Shown here piece after piece: positions 18,756-29,395 of a stretch of 64,000 nt of DNA. The notes beneath the pieces were generated by a model. That model had not been told where the DNA came from and ran no database searches. It worked only from the letters and a program-made list of their open reading frames with translations. Origin of the DNA: Sedimentisphaerales bacterium (lineage in GTDB: Bacteria > Planctomycetota > Phycisphaerae > Sedimentisphaerales > SM23-30); NCBI GenBank assembly GCA_963666285.1, contig OY762711.1; one strand, written 5' to 3'. The number at the start of each line of letters is the position of its first letter. Position 1 is the stretch's first letter. A program made the position numbers and the translations under genes.

Positions 18756-19137
18756 TATTTATCCAAATTGGTCTATGTTGACTGGACTGTTCCTTGAAAT
18801 TTAGCTCAGAATATATTAAACAGGTTACCTGGGTATCTTGTCAATCACATTTTTTTGAGTCTGATACGATAAATATCAGGCTGAATAGTCTAACATTGCT
18901 CCTCTATGCCCCTAACTCGCCACCCCCTGAAGTGGCAGAATAATGCAACATTAACAGAATATTGACATCCCGCACAGTACTGGATGTCAATATTTTGCAA
19001 AAGCCTTATTACTTTTCTAGTCTTTATCGCCGGTTTTTAGATTTCTTTAGCCAGAAGCTATAACGCATAGGACTTATCATCTTGGGACTCCAAGAGCCAA
19101 ATATGGTTGGTTGGGGGAGAAGTTATAACTTATTTCA

Positions 19138-19701
19138 TCAATCACATTTTCCTAATTTATCTAAACGAGAGATTAAAGTGGCAAAGTTACTATAACACAT
19201 AAGGTATATAAAAGATAAATAGTAATCTTTATTATTTGTAGAAATACGATAACCTAACCTTTCTTTAGTTATTTTTTTTATATTGCTGTAATCAATAACT
19301 ATTTCCTTACCACGAAGTAAAATTAGAGAAGTAGACTTAAATATTATTGAATGTCTATGAGAAGCCTTGTTTATTACATAAAATACAAAATAAGGTAACC
19401 AAAATAATATTACATAAAATGAACCGATAAATACCCTGACCATATAACTATCATTATGGCTTGGTAACTTAATTGGAAATAATAAGGCTAATATAAAAAC
19501 AACGATGGAAGAAAGAACCATATATACCAATCCTTTAAATGAAAACATCCATATTTTATGTTTTCGTTGAAACTCATCACAATAGTCAATTTCAAAATTA
19601 CTAATAGCAATTCGTTTTTGTATTTTAAAAAATATAAAATACAAAATAAAGTAAAGTAAAAAAGTTATCAACCAATGTATCCAAAATAATACGTATATCA
19701 T
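19138..19701 (-). CDS. Hypothetical membrane protein (candidate immunity protein)
   Basis: About three TM segments; agagg RBS; starts 18 bp after the Rhs tip stop. Confidence 0.6.
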   Translation of the reverse strand: MIYVLFWIHWLITFLLYFILYFIFFKIQKRIAISNFEIDYCDEFQRKHKIWMFSFKGLVYMVLSSIVVFILALLFPIKLPSHNDSYMVRVFIGSFYVILFWLPYFVFYVINKASHRHSIIFKSTSLILLRGKEIVIDYSNIKKITKERLGYRISTNNKDYYLSFIYLMCYSNFATLISRLDKLGKCD

Positions 19702-19719
19702 AAAATACCTCTATGTGAA

Positions 19720-20181
19720 TTAATACCACCACGGTTTGTTTATTTGCCTATTTTTTTCTTTTTTATCCTCTTCAAAACCAGGAAAGATATACCCAAATAA
19801 ATCTCCTAAGGCACCACCCAAATAATTACCGCCTACGGGTGCAAGTGTACAAGCTGCGGTTCCAGCCCCACGTGCTAACATCGCATTTTGAGTATCAGAT
19901 TCCATCCATGACATTGCAGCTCCATTTAAGAAAGTCGCACCTATTGCACCAATAATTGATATCAAAGGATCTTTTGCAATTCCAGATACAAATCCACTAA
20001 CAAAACCAACAGCAAATGCAAGGACCCGATTGTTTTCATTTTTAACACTTCCGGCATTTAAAATACCATTTACAATACCTCCAACTAACCCTCTAATGAA
20101 AATTATTGCGGCTTGAGTTAAACGACCATCCATGTCAATATTATTAACCGGGTCATTGAGGCAGTAGAGGTACCGGTGAAA
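19720..20181 (-). pseudogene. Orphan Rhs C-terminal toxin module
   Basis: The frame upstream of ORF 20133 reads FHRYLYCLNDPVNNIDMDG (Rhs core-end motif), preceded by TGA. The tip is Gly/Ala-rich and hydrophobic. Confidence 0.8.
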
Positions 20182-20285
20182 TCAGGGATAACTTTACTTG
20201 TGAAAGAACCATAAAGCAGGTTGTAATTATAGTTCCCTGATGTTAAAATGCCAGAAGAAATTAATATTTTAGGCCAGTTGTAGAA

Positions 20286-22235
20286 ATGCAAAAAGTGAGA
20301 AGTAAAATGAAAATGAAATTACGAATAATGATATTGACTTTGGCTGGAATGGCGGCGGCGGTTTGGGCGACAGGTGCGGCTGACCCGTACCGGGTGCCGG
20401 GCGAGGTTGTGACATTTGATGTCTGGAAGTATTTTGACGATGCCGGGATAGAGGGTACAGAGCAGCGGGCAGATATGCTGTATTTTTTAACGAGCCTGCA
20501 GGGGATAGTCAACCGCGAGCAGCCGAGACTGTACCTGTTTGTATCGCTGGCATTGTTTGATATCGAGATCGGTCATCACGATGACCCGGACTATAAGAGT
20601 AAGCCGGTAACGGAAATAGACAGATACTGGTTCGAGCATTTTCGCCAGGAAGGATATTTTGATGACTGTTCGGTGCAGGAGGCGGCCGGGCTGAAAGAGC
20701 TGGTTGAATATTTCAGGTCGGATATAAGCGGGCTGGTATTGTGGGATACGAAAGTACCGGCTTCTGTTAACGTGGCAATGATGGCGGCGGGCTGTGAGGG
20801 ATTGCTGCCGGTTAGTAAGGATTTGGGCGGCGGTAAGCTGTGGAAGAGGCTGGAGGGAGAATGCCCGGAACTGAAAGTTAAGCTGGACCTGGCAGGAAAG
20901 TTTGACGGGAAGAAGGATGTGGAGATAGATGGGAAGAAGTTTCCTACGACCGGCAGTGCCAAGAATGATGCGTACCTGTATGCGATCGAAAAATATTTAC
21001 GGCCGGGGCTGAGCAACCCATATAAGATGTGGTTTAACTGCGATGCGAGTATGCTGGGTAAGTTCAGGAGTTTTTATAACAGGAACTGCTATGGTTTTCT
21101 GGGTGATAAAAATGAGCTGCAGCAGAACGGGATGTATAATGCCGACTACTGGGTGAGTCAGAAGGCGTTTATCTTTGATCTGCTGCCGTGGGCTGACCAT
21201 ACGCCGGCAGACGACCCGGACCAGCCGCTGGGTACAGATAATAAGACATGGCACGATATACTGGAGATATCATACAATCAGCGGGAAGGCAAGTTCGGCG
21301 TTGCGGGCGGCTTTGTGCCGTGGTGGATAAAGTATACATCACATACAGGTGAAAAACACCCTGATGTGGCGACGGAATGGGAGTTTGTGGCATTGCTGAC
21401 ATCGTATAACATGGGTAATGATGCGGATGCCGCGTTTGGAATTGCTAACAGTTCGTTCTTTCAGTATATGCCAAAGGTCAGCAAAGAGGAAGCAAAGTTC
21501 AGAGACAGCGAGCCAATGGCATATGACGAGGAAAAGACATATGTTGCGGTACTGATGCTGGACTATGACGGCTCGGCGTGGCTGAACCAGATGGTGCCAA
21601 CAATCTATAATGACCCGATGAGGGGGAAGATGGTACTGAACTGGTGCCTGAACCCGATCCTGAACGAGCGAATTCCACATGTTTTCAGATATATTTATAA
21701 GAACAGGACGGCGAATGATTGCCTGGGCCTTTCGGGTGATGGAGCAGCGTATATTCAGCCGGACAGTTTAGTTAACCGTAAAGGCCGGATATCAGAAAGC
21801 GGAGTTCCCTATTATGAAAGCTTTGCCAAGGAGTTGAACGAGCGATACGGGGTAGAATATAATGTGTTTTATATCGATGATAAATTCGGCCTGGAATGGG
21901 CGGAGATGGCAGCGAGGATAACACCTAAAGGATTTGGCTTTAACTGCCCTATCGAAAGTCAGCTGGTGAATGGTACGCCGGTGAATTTTGTCGAGATGTT
22001 TCATATCTCGCAGGTAAAAGGGCTTGGAAGAAGGCTGGAGGATCTGTATAAAAATTCGGTTGAAGGAAAGTATTCGGAAGCTCAGCTGCATTCGTTGCGA
22101 TGTATACTGATACCGCCGCATAAGATATATTCCATCGTGGAAAGGCTGGATAAGAAATACCCGGCAGCGAAGGTAGAGTTTGTCGATATACCGAATTATT
22201 ACAGGCTGCTGAAATATAAGCTTGAAAATAAATAA
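20286..22235 (+). CDS. Secreted GxGYxYP-family putative glycoside hydrolase (start may be 20307 or 20313)
   Basis: Signal peptide; SLQGIVNREQPRLY; YVAVLMLDYD; GDGAAYIQP variant of the GxGYxYP motif. Confidence 0.7.
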   Translation: MQKVRSKMKMKLRIMILTLAGMAAAVWATGAADPYRVPGEVVTFDVWKYFDDAGIEGTEQRADMLYFLTSLQGIVNREQPRLYLFVSLALFDIEIGHHDDPDYKSKPVTEIDRYWFEHFRQEGYFDDCSVQEAAGLKELVEYFRSDISGLVLWDTKVPASVNVAMMAAGCEGLLPVSKDLGGGKLWKRLEGECPELKVKLDLAGKFDGKKDVEIDGKKFPTTGSAKNDAYLYAIEKYLRPGLSNPYKMWFNCDASMLGKFRSFYNRNCYGFLGDKNELQQNGMYNADYWVSQKAFIFDLLPWADHTPADDPDQPLGTDNKTWHDILEISYNQREGKFGVAGGFVPWWIKYTSHTGEKHPDVATEWEFVALLTSYNMGNDADAAFGIANSSFFQYMPKVSKEEAKFRDSEPMAYDEEKTYVAVLMLDYDGSAWLNQMVPTIYNDPMRGKMVLNWCLNPILNERIPHVFRYIYKNRTANDCLGLSGDGAAYIQPDSLVNRKGRISESGVPYYESFAKELNERYGVEYNVFYIDDKFGLEWAEMAARITPKGFGFNCPIESQLVNGTPVNFVEMFHISQVKGLGRRLEDLYKNSVEGKYSEAQLHSLRCILIPPHKIYSIVERLDKKYPAAKVEFVDIPNYYRLLKYKLENK

Positions 22236-22257
22236 ACACAAACAGTGTAATATGCAC

Positions 22258-22292
22258 AAAAAAACGCCCGGCAGGAATATACCGGGCGTTTT
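22258..22292. terminator. Bidirectional intrinsic terminator
   Basis: aaaaaaacgcccgg-N10-ccgggcgtttt between convergent genes. Confidence 0.8.
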
Positions 22293-22317
22293 GTAAATTT
22301 TGATTTATTGGCGGGCT

Positions 22318-23634
22318 CTATGCCTTGACGACTTTTTGCCTGCCGACTTTAACATCAGCACAGGCGTTGCGGGTATCGACCACGAGCCTGGCATTTTTGA
22401 CGATCATATTCATATCGTATTCGCTGTGGGCGGTGGCGATAAGGACGCAATCGTATTTTTTGATATTGGCCGGGGTGAGCTGGATTGATTTCATTTTGAG
22501 ATTATATTCGCGAGTCTTTTTGGTCTGCGGGATATACGGGTCGTTATAATCGACTTTGGCACCCTTTTCGAGCAGCAGTTCGATAAGCTCGAGGGATGGC
22601 GATTCGCGGATATCGTCGATGTCTTTTTTATAGGCAAGACCGAGAACGAGTACTTTTGATCCTTTGAGACTCTTTTTTTGGTCGTTCAGAGCTTCCATGG
22701 TACGATGAACAACATAGTGAGGCATATTAGTATTGATCTCACCGGCGAGCTCGATAAAACGGGTTGGCATGCCATACTGGCGGGCCTTCCAGGTGAGGTA
22801 GAACGGGTCGATCGGGATGCAGTGGCCGCCAAGACCGGGGCCGGGGTAGAACGGCTGGTAGCCGAATGGTTTAGAGCTTGCGCCGCGGACGACTTCCCAG
22901 ACATCGATGCCCATGCGGTCGAAGAGCTGCTTGAGTTCGTTAACCATCGCGATATTGACGCAGCGATAGACGTTTTCGACGATTTTGATAGCTTCGGCCG
23001 TTTCGCAGCTGTCTACTGGGATCATGGTGTCGATGGCGCAGCTGTATATGTTGAGGGCGAAGTCCATGGATGGCTTGTCGATGGCACCGATGACCTTCGG
23101 GATTGTTCGGGTGTTGAAATGTGCGTTGCCGGGATCTTCGCGTTCAGGCGAATATGCCATGTGGAAGTCCTTGCCGGCTTTGAGACCGGATGCTTCGAGG
23201 ATCGGCTTCATAACTTCGTTGGTTGTGCCGGGATAGGTTGTGCTTTCGAGGACGACGAGCTGGCCTTTACGGAGATATTTAGCAACAGTACGGCAGGACT
23301 CTTCGACGTAGTACATATCCGGCTCGCGGTTTTCGGTGAGCGGGGTAGGCACGCAGAGGATAAGAGCGTCCGGCTTTTTCATGAGTTTCATGTCGCCGGT
23401 GGCCTTGAAGCGTTTGGACTTGACCATCTCGGTAATATGCTCGTGCGGGATGTGTTTGAGCGGGCTTTTGCCGGAGTTAATTCGTTTGACGGCGGCATCG
23501 CTGATATCGAAGCCAATAACAGATGCTCCGCCGCGGACGAATTCTATGGCAAGCGGCAGGCCAACATAACCGAGACCGATGATGCCGACAGTGGGGGATT
23601 TTTTCACATTCTTTTTAGAAGTTGTTTTTGTCAT
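22318..23634 (-). CDS. Nucleotide-sugar (UDP-GlcNAc type, WbpA-like) 6-dehydrogenase
   Basis: GLGYVGLP, CVPTP, ESTTYPGTT, SPEREDPGN, GPGLGGHCIPIDP, GLAYKKDIDDIRESP. Confidence 0.93.
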   Translation of the reverse strand: MTKTTSKKNVKKSPTVGIIGLGYVGLPLAIEFVRGGASVIGFDISDAAVKRINSGKSPLKHIPHEHITEMVKSKRFKATGDMKLMKKPDALILCVPTPLTENREPDMYYVEESCRTVAKYLRKGQLVVLESTTYPGTTNEVMKPILEASGLKAGKDFHMAYSPEREDPGNAHFNTRTIPKVIGAIDKPSMDFALNIYSCAIDTMIPVDSCETAEAIKIVENVYRCVNIAMVNELKQLFDRMGIDVWEVVRGASSKPFGYQPFYPGPGLGGHCIPIDPFYLTWKARQYGMPTRFIELAGEINTNMPHYVVHRTMEALNDQKKSLKGSKVLVLGLAYKKDIDDIRESPSLELIELLLEKGAKVDYNDPYIPQTKKTREYNLKMKSIQLTPANIKKYDCVLIATAHSEYDMNMIVKNARLVVDTRNACADVKVGRQKVVKA

Positions 23635-23661
23635 AAATATACCTCATATTATATTGATATT

Positions 23662-24747
23662 TCAATATTTCCTATCAGCAATAACCTTGCCGATTGATTT
23701 AGCGTTTCTGTTTGGGAATTTAAAAAATACCGTCAGTACACCTTTTAGACTACCTAAACCGTAGGCGACATGCATAACAATAAATGTCCAAAAAATCAAA
23801 ATAACATTGCCACGTTTTTCTTTTGCAGCTTTCCTGGCGAAATGTAAAGCACAACCTAAATATAATGCCAAGTCAGCAAATAGCAATATTAGAACGTAAG
23901 GCAGAAATATTGAGATAACCGACAAAAGTAATAAGCTAAAGACAAAAAACATAGGAACAAAATGCCTTAGGCATAAACCTCCGCCGACAAGCCAGATGGT
24001 ATAAGGATTCCAAAGGCCATTATTGAAGGACTGCTGCCAGATACCTGAATATGATGCCCTGTTAAAATATTTAAGTTTGATTTCAGGAGAAATAATAATT
24101 TTACCGCCATTAGCCCTGATCCTGGAATTTAGTTCAATATCCTGATTTCTGACAAGGCGTTCATCATACATACCGTATTTTTTAAAGTGATCTTTGCGAT
24201 ATGTGCCAAAAGGTACGGTATCAACCTCTTTTTCGACCATCTCGCCAATTCTGAAACTGGCATTACCAACACCAAAGCTGCAAGAAGTTGCATGAGCGAT
24301 AGCCATGGCAACCGCAGAATCACTACCAGGGCAGGTTACCCCATATCCGCCTACATTGTCAGCTCCTGTTTTTTGTGAGACTTCGATACATTTGCGAATA
24401 TAATCCGAGGCAAACCAACTGTGACAATCAATTCTAACAATATACTCACCTTGTGCCCGCTCAATACCAATATTCATTGCGGTCGGTACAATTTTATCGG
24501 GATTATCTACCAGTTTAATATTAGGATATTTTTCTATATACTGCTGAACAATTTCCCTGGTGCCATCATTACTCATACCATCAAGAATAAGAAGCTCTAT
24601 TCTGTCCGAAGGGTAATCAGAATTTATTATAGATTCTATTGTGTTAGCAATAAAGAATTTTTCATTTCGACAAGGGGCTAAAACAGAAACAAAAGGTAAC
24701 TTTTCATCATTTATGAGCATTATTATCTCCAACATAATGAATATCAT
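23662..24747 (-). CDS. Glycosyltransferase family 2 (ExoA-like)
   Basis: PCRNE, DGMSNDGT, RIDCH, DTVPFG, RNQDIELN; C-terminal TMs. Confidence 0.9.
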   Translation of the reverse strand: MIFIMLEIIMLINDEKLPFVSVLAPCRNEKFFIANTIESIINSDYPSDRIELLILDGMSNDGTREIVQQYIEKYPNIKLVDNPDKIVPTAMNIGIERAQGEYIVRIDCHSWFASDYIRKCIEVSQKTGADNVGGYGVTCPGSDSAVAMAIAHATSCSFGVGNASFRIGEMVEKEVDTVPFGTYRKDHFKKYGMYDERLVRNQDIELNSRIRANGGKIIISPEIKLKYFNRASYSGIWQQSFNNGLWNPYTIWLVGGGLCLRHFVPMFFVFSLLLLSVISIFLPYVLILLFADLALYLGCALHFARKAAKEKRGNVILIFWTFIVMHVAYGLGSLKGVLTVFFKFPNRNAKSIGKVIADRKY

Positions 24748-24809
24748 TTGAAAACATTGTCCTCAAAGCAAATACTTCTCCAGCTTGAATGTATTACATA
24801 ATACAAATA

Positions 24810-25658
24810 TCATATATGCACTTTTTCATTTTTCCTACTTATATCATAAACAGATAGTAAACTCTTTAAATTTCTGGCAATCTTATTGGGCAGCAATACG
24901 AAAATAACAGATCTTGAAATACTAAACAAAACGAGTAAAAACCTAAACCACCAACAGGTATACAAGCTCAAATTTGAATATGCTTTTCTCCAACCTAGTC
25001 GAATTCTAAATTCTTCTATGTTTGTCTCATGATTCAGAGTCCGATTTGCACCAACAAGACTTTTCAGGCCTAATTCATTCAAATAATAATCAGCCGCGGT
25101 AAAATACATGCCACACATTGGATAAAGAGTAGAATGATCTGGAGAAAACTTGGCAATGAGTAATATTTTATGGTCATCACCATCGAGGAAAATAGAGTAT
25201 GCTATTATTTCCTCATTATATTTTACAATCCATCCCTCATATCCGCCAACCTCACAAAAATAATTCATTTTATCGTAAAAAGCAGACTCAGATACAGTAT
25301 CAAAATTGCTATATCTTTCAGCTGCTTTTACATACAGTTGGTAACAATGGTCCCGTATGAAAGAAACATCAACTCGCTCAACACAACATTCTCGCAGGCA
25401 TTTTCTAATATGCTGTCTATCCTTCTTTCGCTCAATATTTTCAATTCTGTATGGTTTACAATCACAAATATACCTATACCACTCACCCTGTTCAAATAAA
25501 TCAAAATCAGTAGTCCAATACCCAAACCATGCTTTATTTTTTTTCAAATATTTCCTGACATCAGAATCTCGCTCTCTTGATATCGGTATGCCTACATGAG
25601 TCCATAGCTTCCCCCTCAATTTAAATTCCCATACCTGCTGACTATATATATTATCCAT
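24810..25658 (-). CDS. Hypothetical protein, possibly GNAT/FemAB-like, in the polysaccharide cluster
   Basis: 282-aa ORF in operon orientation; weak acyltransferase-like pattern. Confidence 0.5.
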   Translation of the reverse strand: MDNIYSQQVWEFKLRGKLWTHVGIPISRERDSDVRKYLKKNKAWFGYWTTDFDLFEQGEWYRYICDCKPYRIENIERKKDRQHIRKCLRECCVERVDVSFIRDHCYQLYVKAAERYSNFDTVSESAFYDKMNYFCEVGGYEGWIVKYNEEIIAYSIFLDGDDHKILLIAKFSPDHSTLYPMCGMYFTAADYYLNELGLKSLVGANRTLNHETNIEEFRIRLGWRKAYSNLSLYTCWWFRFLLVLFSISRSVIFVLLPNKIARNLKSLLSVYDISRKNEKVHI

Positions 25659-25764
25659 TAAATAGTATCCTCTTAAGCCTCATATTGAATTTCCAATGAT
25701 TCACTAGAAAGTAATACCTGATAAATAATATTTCCAGCCGTATTATTTTCAAACTATTAACCAA

Positions 25765-26964
25765 CTATAAACCTAACTCTTCTAATATTTTTTTTGCCAG
25801 GTAACCATCAGTCATTTTAGAAGCTGTTTGCAATCCAGAACCTGAAATTTCAATAACCTTTTGACTGTCTAATTCTGCCAGATTATCTAACAGCTCAGAC
25901 AACTCATTAACATTTCCAGCTTCCACTAAAAAGCCATTTTCCCCATCAATAATAATTCCATCTACACCTTCATTTTTGGACGCTACAACAACACACCCTT
26001 GTGAAAGAGCTTCAATATAAACCATCCCAAAAGTTTCACCACGGCTAGACATTATAAAACAATCTGCATCATTCATACTTTCAAATACTTTTTCACGATC
26101 TAATCTTCCATGAAATACTACATGATCCTGTAAACCAAGTTCTTTAGCTAAGTTTTCAAGATCATTTCTACAAGGCCCATCACCAATAATATCTAAAGTA
26201 AATAGCTCTTTGCGACCAGCATTCGCTATAGCTTTTAAAAGGACATCAACATTTTTTCTTTTTATTAATAACCCAACATACAGAAGTTTCCTGATTCTAT
26301 TTCTTGGCATACCAAATTTAATATTATCAGGAACGCCTGTTAAAATATAATTAATCTTAGAATTGTCAAATTTGAATTCATTTATGTGCTTTTCCTGGGA
26401 AAATGACCTCAATAATACCCCAGAAGCTTTATTGACCATATTACAAAATCTAGGATGCTTTCTCAAATAAGCAAAATCCGTATCGTGAAATATTTGATAA
26501 AACTTAGTGTTATATTTCTGACTAATAAGAACCGAAATATCTATAGAAGGTGTAATAAAGTCTGAAAAAACAACATCAGGAATAAATTCTGATTCCTGCA
26601 AACGTCTCAAAATTTTCTTTTTATGAACAAATAAATCACAAAACAGATAATCTCTATGGGGAATTAGTTTTCTAATAGGTGTACGAATAATTTTTATACC
26701 TTCATACTCGTATATGGAAGATTTCACTGAGTCCCAATTTTGCCTGTATCTTGATAGATGATACTTACTAAAACCCAAATAATTTTCGACAAATTCAACT
26801 GCTGGTGAAAAAAACCTGGGATATCGAGGAGAACTGTGAAGTACCAATACATTATGACCTTGCTTTAACCATTCAGATGCATAATAATAAACAAACTTAG
26901 TTTGCGCAGCGTCATATTCTACATCAAAAGAAGGAAATAAACATGTAACAAACAAAATATTCAC
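25765..26964 (-). CDS. Glycosyltransferase family 4
   Basis: YVGLLIKRKNV, GDGP, ETFGMVYIEAL, DGENGFLV. Confidence 0.9.
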   Translation of the reverse strand: MNILFVTCLFPSFDVEYDAAQTKFVYYYASEWLKQGHNVLVLHSSPRYPRFFSPAVEFVENYLGFSKYHLSRYRQNWDSVKSSIYEYEGIKIIRTPIRKLIPHRDYLFCDLFVHKKKILRRLQESEFIPDVVFSDFITPSIDISVLISQKYNTKFYQIFHDTDFAYLRKHPRFCNMVNKASGVLLRSFSQEKHINEFKFDNSKINYILTGVPDNIKFGMPRNRIRKLLYVGLLIKRKNVDVLLKAIANAGRKELFTLDIIGDGPCRNDLENLAKELGLQDHVVFHGRLDREKVFESMNDADCFIMSSRGETFGMVYIEALSQGCVVVASKNEGVDGIIIDGENGFLVEAGNVNELSELLDNLAELDSQKVIEISGSGLQTASKMTDGYLAKKILEELGL

Positions 26965-27014
26965 GATAATGTTAACTTTCTAATTCTACACACACACTTG
27001 ACGATTAGCCAAAG

Positions 27015-28268
27015 TTATTCATTTGTGCTACCAGTTATGCAATTTACGTAACTATCATACACAATACTTCTATCATAAGTATTTGTACACTGCAATAATG
27101 CACGAGATTTCATATCATTTAATATGGAATCATCATTAATCAGTTTTAATATTTCACCACAACAACTTTTTATATCCCCAGCCGGGTAATCCAGTCCGCA
27201 ATTGGCATCTGCGACAATTTGGCTGCATTGGCCGGGAATGGTATTGAGAACGGCACAACCGGCGGCGAAATAATAGAATATTTTATTAGGCAGATAGATC
27301 ATCGCTTCTGGGAAGCTGGCATTAAACCCTACATCGCACTGACTGAGCAGGTATGCCCACTGGGGGAAATCCAGAAACCCTGTACGAATAATACTGTTTG
27401 ACCCGGAGTCGGAAATTATGCTGTCAAGCTCATTGTCAAGTTGACCGCGACCGGTAATGAACAGTTTGATTTTTTTATCAGTCTTTTTTTCTGCTTCAAT
27501 AAATGCTTTTGTCAGAGTCAGGCAGTCATAACTGACATTGAGACTGCCGGTATAGGCAAACCATATTTCATCTTCAGGCTTAGTAAATTTATCACATACC
27601 CCATCGCGAGATGCCTGTTGGAACTGGCCGAGGTCAACGCCAAGCGGAATGGTAATATGTTTTTGCGGGTTGGCTCCCATTTCAAGAGCATGATTGACAT
27701 ACTGATCAGCGACACCGACGATGACGTCCGCATTGCAATATGCCGACTTTGAGGCTAATTTCCAAGGCATTAGTACAAGTTTTAAGATAGACCGGGCCAG
27801 ACCTGATGTGAGCCGGTAAAATGTCTCGGGCCAGAGATCCTGGATATCAATTATAGATTTAGCACCATTGTTTTTGGCATAATGAACGGCAGCTTTAGCC
27901 AGAAACGGCGGCGGTGCACTGACGAGAACAACATCAGGGTGATCATTACGGGCATTGGCTGTCCTGATAAATGATTTTGCCAGCTGATAATGATTCAAGA
28001 GTCTATTTATACTGACATTTTTCTGGTAGGCCCTGCCTTCCAGAAAAACAACTTCCATGCCAAGAGTGGAGCAGGTTTCGCTTAGTTTCTGTTTTGCGAC
28101 AGGCTTTTTGAACCTGTGACTGAAACTGCTGGTCCACCAGACGAGCTCATGGCCCTTTTCATGCAGCATTCTCGCCAGAGTGGCATAGCGTCCTTCCTGT
28201 TCAGGGTCACCCGGCAGCGGGTCAAATGGATTTATCAGCCAGATACGCATATTTCTTAACTTAGACAA
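27015..28268 (-). CDS. Glycosyltransferase family 4 (WbuB-like, candidate L-FucNAc transferase)
   Basis: DIQDLWPE, YTGSL, LPNKIFYY; next to fnl genes. Confidence 0.8.
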   Translation of the reverse strand: MSKLRNMRIWLINPFDPLPGDPEQEGRYATLARMLHEKGHELVWWTSSFSHRFKKPVAKQKLSETCSTLGMEVVFLEGRAYQKNVSINRLLNHYQLAKSFIRTANARNDHPDVVLVSAPPPFLAKAAVHYAKNNGAKSIIDIQDLWPETFYRLTSGLARSILKLVLMPWKLASKSAYCNADVIVGVADQYVNHALEMGANPQKHITIPLGVDLGQFQQASRDGVCDKFTKPEDEIWFAYTGSLNVSYDCLTLTKAFIEAEKKTDKKIKLFITGRGQLDNELDSIISDSGSNSIIRTGFLDFPQWAYLLSQCDVGFNASFPEAMIYLPNKIFYYFAAGCAVLNTIPGQCSQIVADANCGLDYPAGDIKSCCGEILKLINDDSILNDMKSRALLQCTNTYDRSIVYDSYVNCITGSTNE

Positions 28269-29380
28269 TGCTCATAAAGATTTTTCATTTTGGAAAATTC
28301 GCTATCCCAGTTATATTTTTCGGTGATGGCATTTCTGCCGGCCTGAGCCATATTTTTCAAGCTCTGCCTGTCGTCAAGCATTTCGCAGCATGTAGAGAAT
28401 ACCTGTTCGATATTTTTGGGGTCAACCATTCTGCCGGAACCGGTATCTTTGACATATAATCTCCAATTATCAAAATCAGAGGCCAATACCGGTGTGCCTG
28501 CCATCATATATTCAAGAATTTTGGTGGCCAGACAAGAGGTATAATTAGGTTCCGGAAGAAGAACGCATAATCCGATCGAACTTTCAGAAACAATTTTCAT
28601 TGCTTCCTGCCAGTTCATTCGTCCGGTAAGTTCGACACATTCATCCAGATGGTTTGCCTTGATATATTCCTGCATTTGCCTGCCTAAGGCTTGACTGTAC
28701 TGACCGATTATAGTAAGTTTAAACCGACGTCCGGACTGCTTAAGCCTATTTGCGAGTTCCAAGTATATTTGTGCTCCTCTACCTGCTTCAACTGCTCCAA
28801 AATAAACCAGAGTTGATTTGTCGCCAGCGAATTTATCATCAAGCCGACCTTCAAATTCATTACCAATATCTTCGGGATAGTTCTGAACCAGAACAGCCCT
28901 GCCTGGATAATTCATTATACAGTTCTGATTGGCAACTATTATATTCTGGCCGCAGAGCAGAGTTTTTTCTATAAGTTTGTAGAATAAAGAAATAATACCC
29001 CTGAATGGTTTGGGCAGGTATTCTTTACTTTTTAGATGACCAGGAATATCTTCATGGACATCAAATATAACTTTTTTACCGAATAACCACCTGAGCATAA
29101 AGCCAACCGGAAGCAGCTCCGGATCGTGATAATGGTATAACCCAGCTTTTGTCGACAATGCCTTTTTCATAGCGGCAAAAGGCCGGCAAAGCATTCTTTG
29201 CAGGCGGCTGGAAGCAGGCTTTAAGGCATGAATATTAACCCCATCAACTACTACATCGGCATCGGCGGTTATGACAAGATGAACATTATATCCATTTTTT
29301 GCCAAATAACCGCATTCTCTATAAAGTATCCTGGTGTCATTCCATGGATGAACAGTTGAAATGTGGCAGATAGTCTTGAT
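28256..29380 (-). CDS. Glycosyltransferase family 4 (start non-canonical or uncertain)
   Basis: HDPEL, FDVHED, TKILEYM. The conserved-looking N-terminus KTICHISTVHPWNDTRI lies upstream of the called TTG at 29305. Confidence 0.85.
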   Translation of the reverse strand: MKTICHISTVHPWNDTRILYRECGYLAKNGYNVHLVITADADVVVDGVNIHALKPASSRLQRMLCRPFAAMKKALSTKAGLYHYHDPELLPVGFMLRWLFGKKVIFDVHEDIPGHLKSKEYLPKPFRGIISLFYKLIEKTLLCGQNIIVANQNCIMNYPGRAVLVQNYPEDIGNEFEGRLDDKFAGDKSTLVYFGAVEAGRGAQIYLELANRLKQSGRRFKLTIIGQYSQALGRQMQEYIKANHLDECVELTGRMNWQEAMKIVSESSIGLCVLLPEPNYTSCLATKILEYMMAGTPVLASDFDNWRLYVKDTGSGRMVDPKNIEQVFSTCCEMLDDRQSLKNMAQAGRNAITEKYNWDSEFSKMKNLYEHCLS

Positions 29381-29395
29381 AACAAAAAAACCGTA

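Noticed and set aside
18760..18801. NSPVNIDQFG* upstream of ORF 18755 as a second Rhs core-end motif
   Set aside because: Spacing deviates from NPxxxxDPxG and a stop follows immediately; too weak.
18318..19740. Two neighbouring ORFs both ending in PWW
   Set aside because: Only about 11 nt are shared with no further homology; probably chance.
22678..23697. 339-aa plus-strand ORF
   Set aside because: Antisense shadow of the conserved nucleotide-sugar dehydrogenase; no motif of its own.
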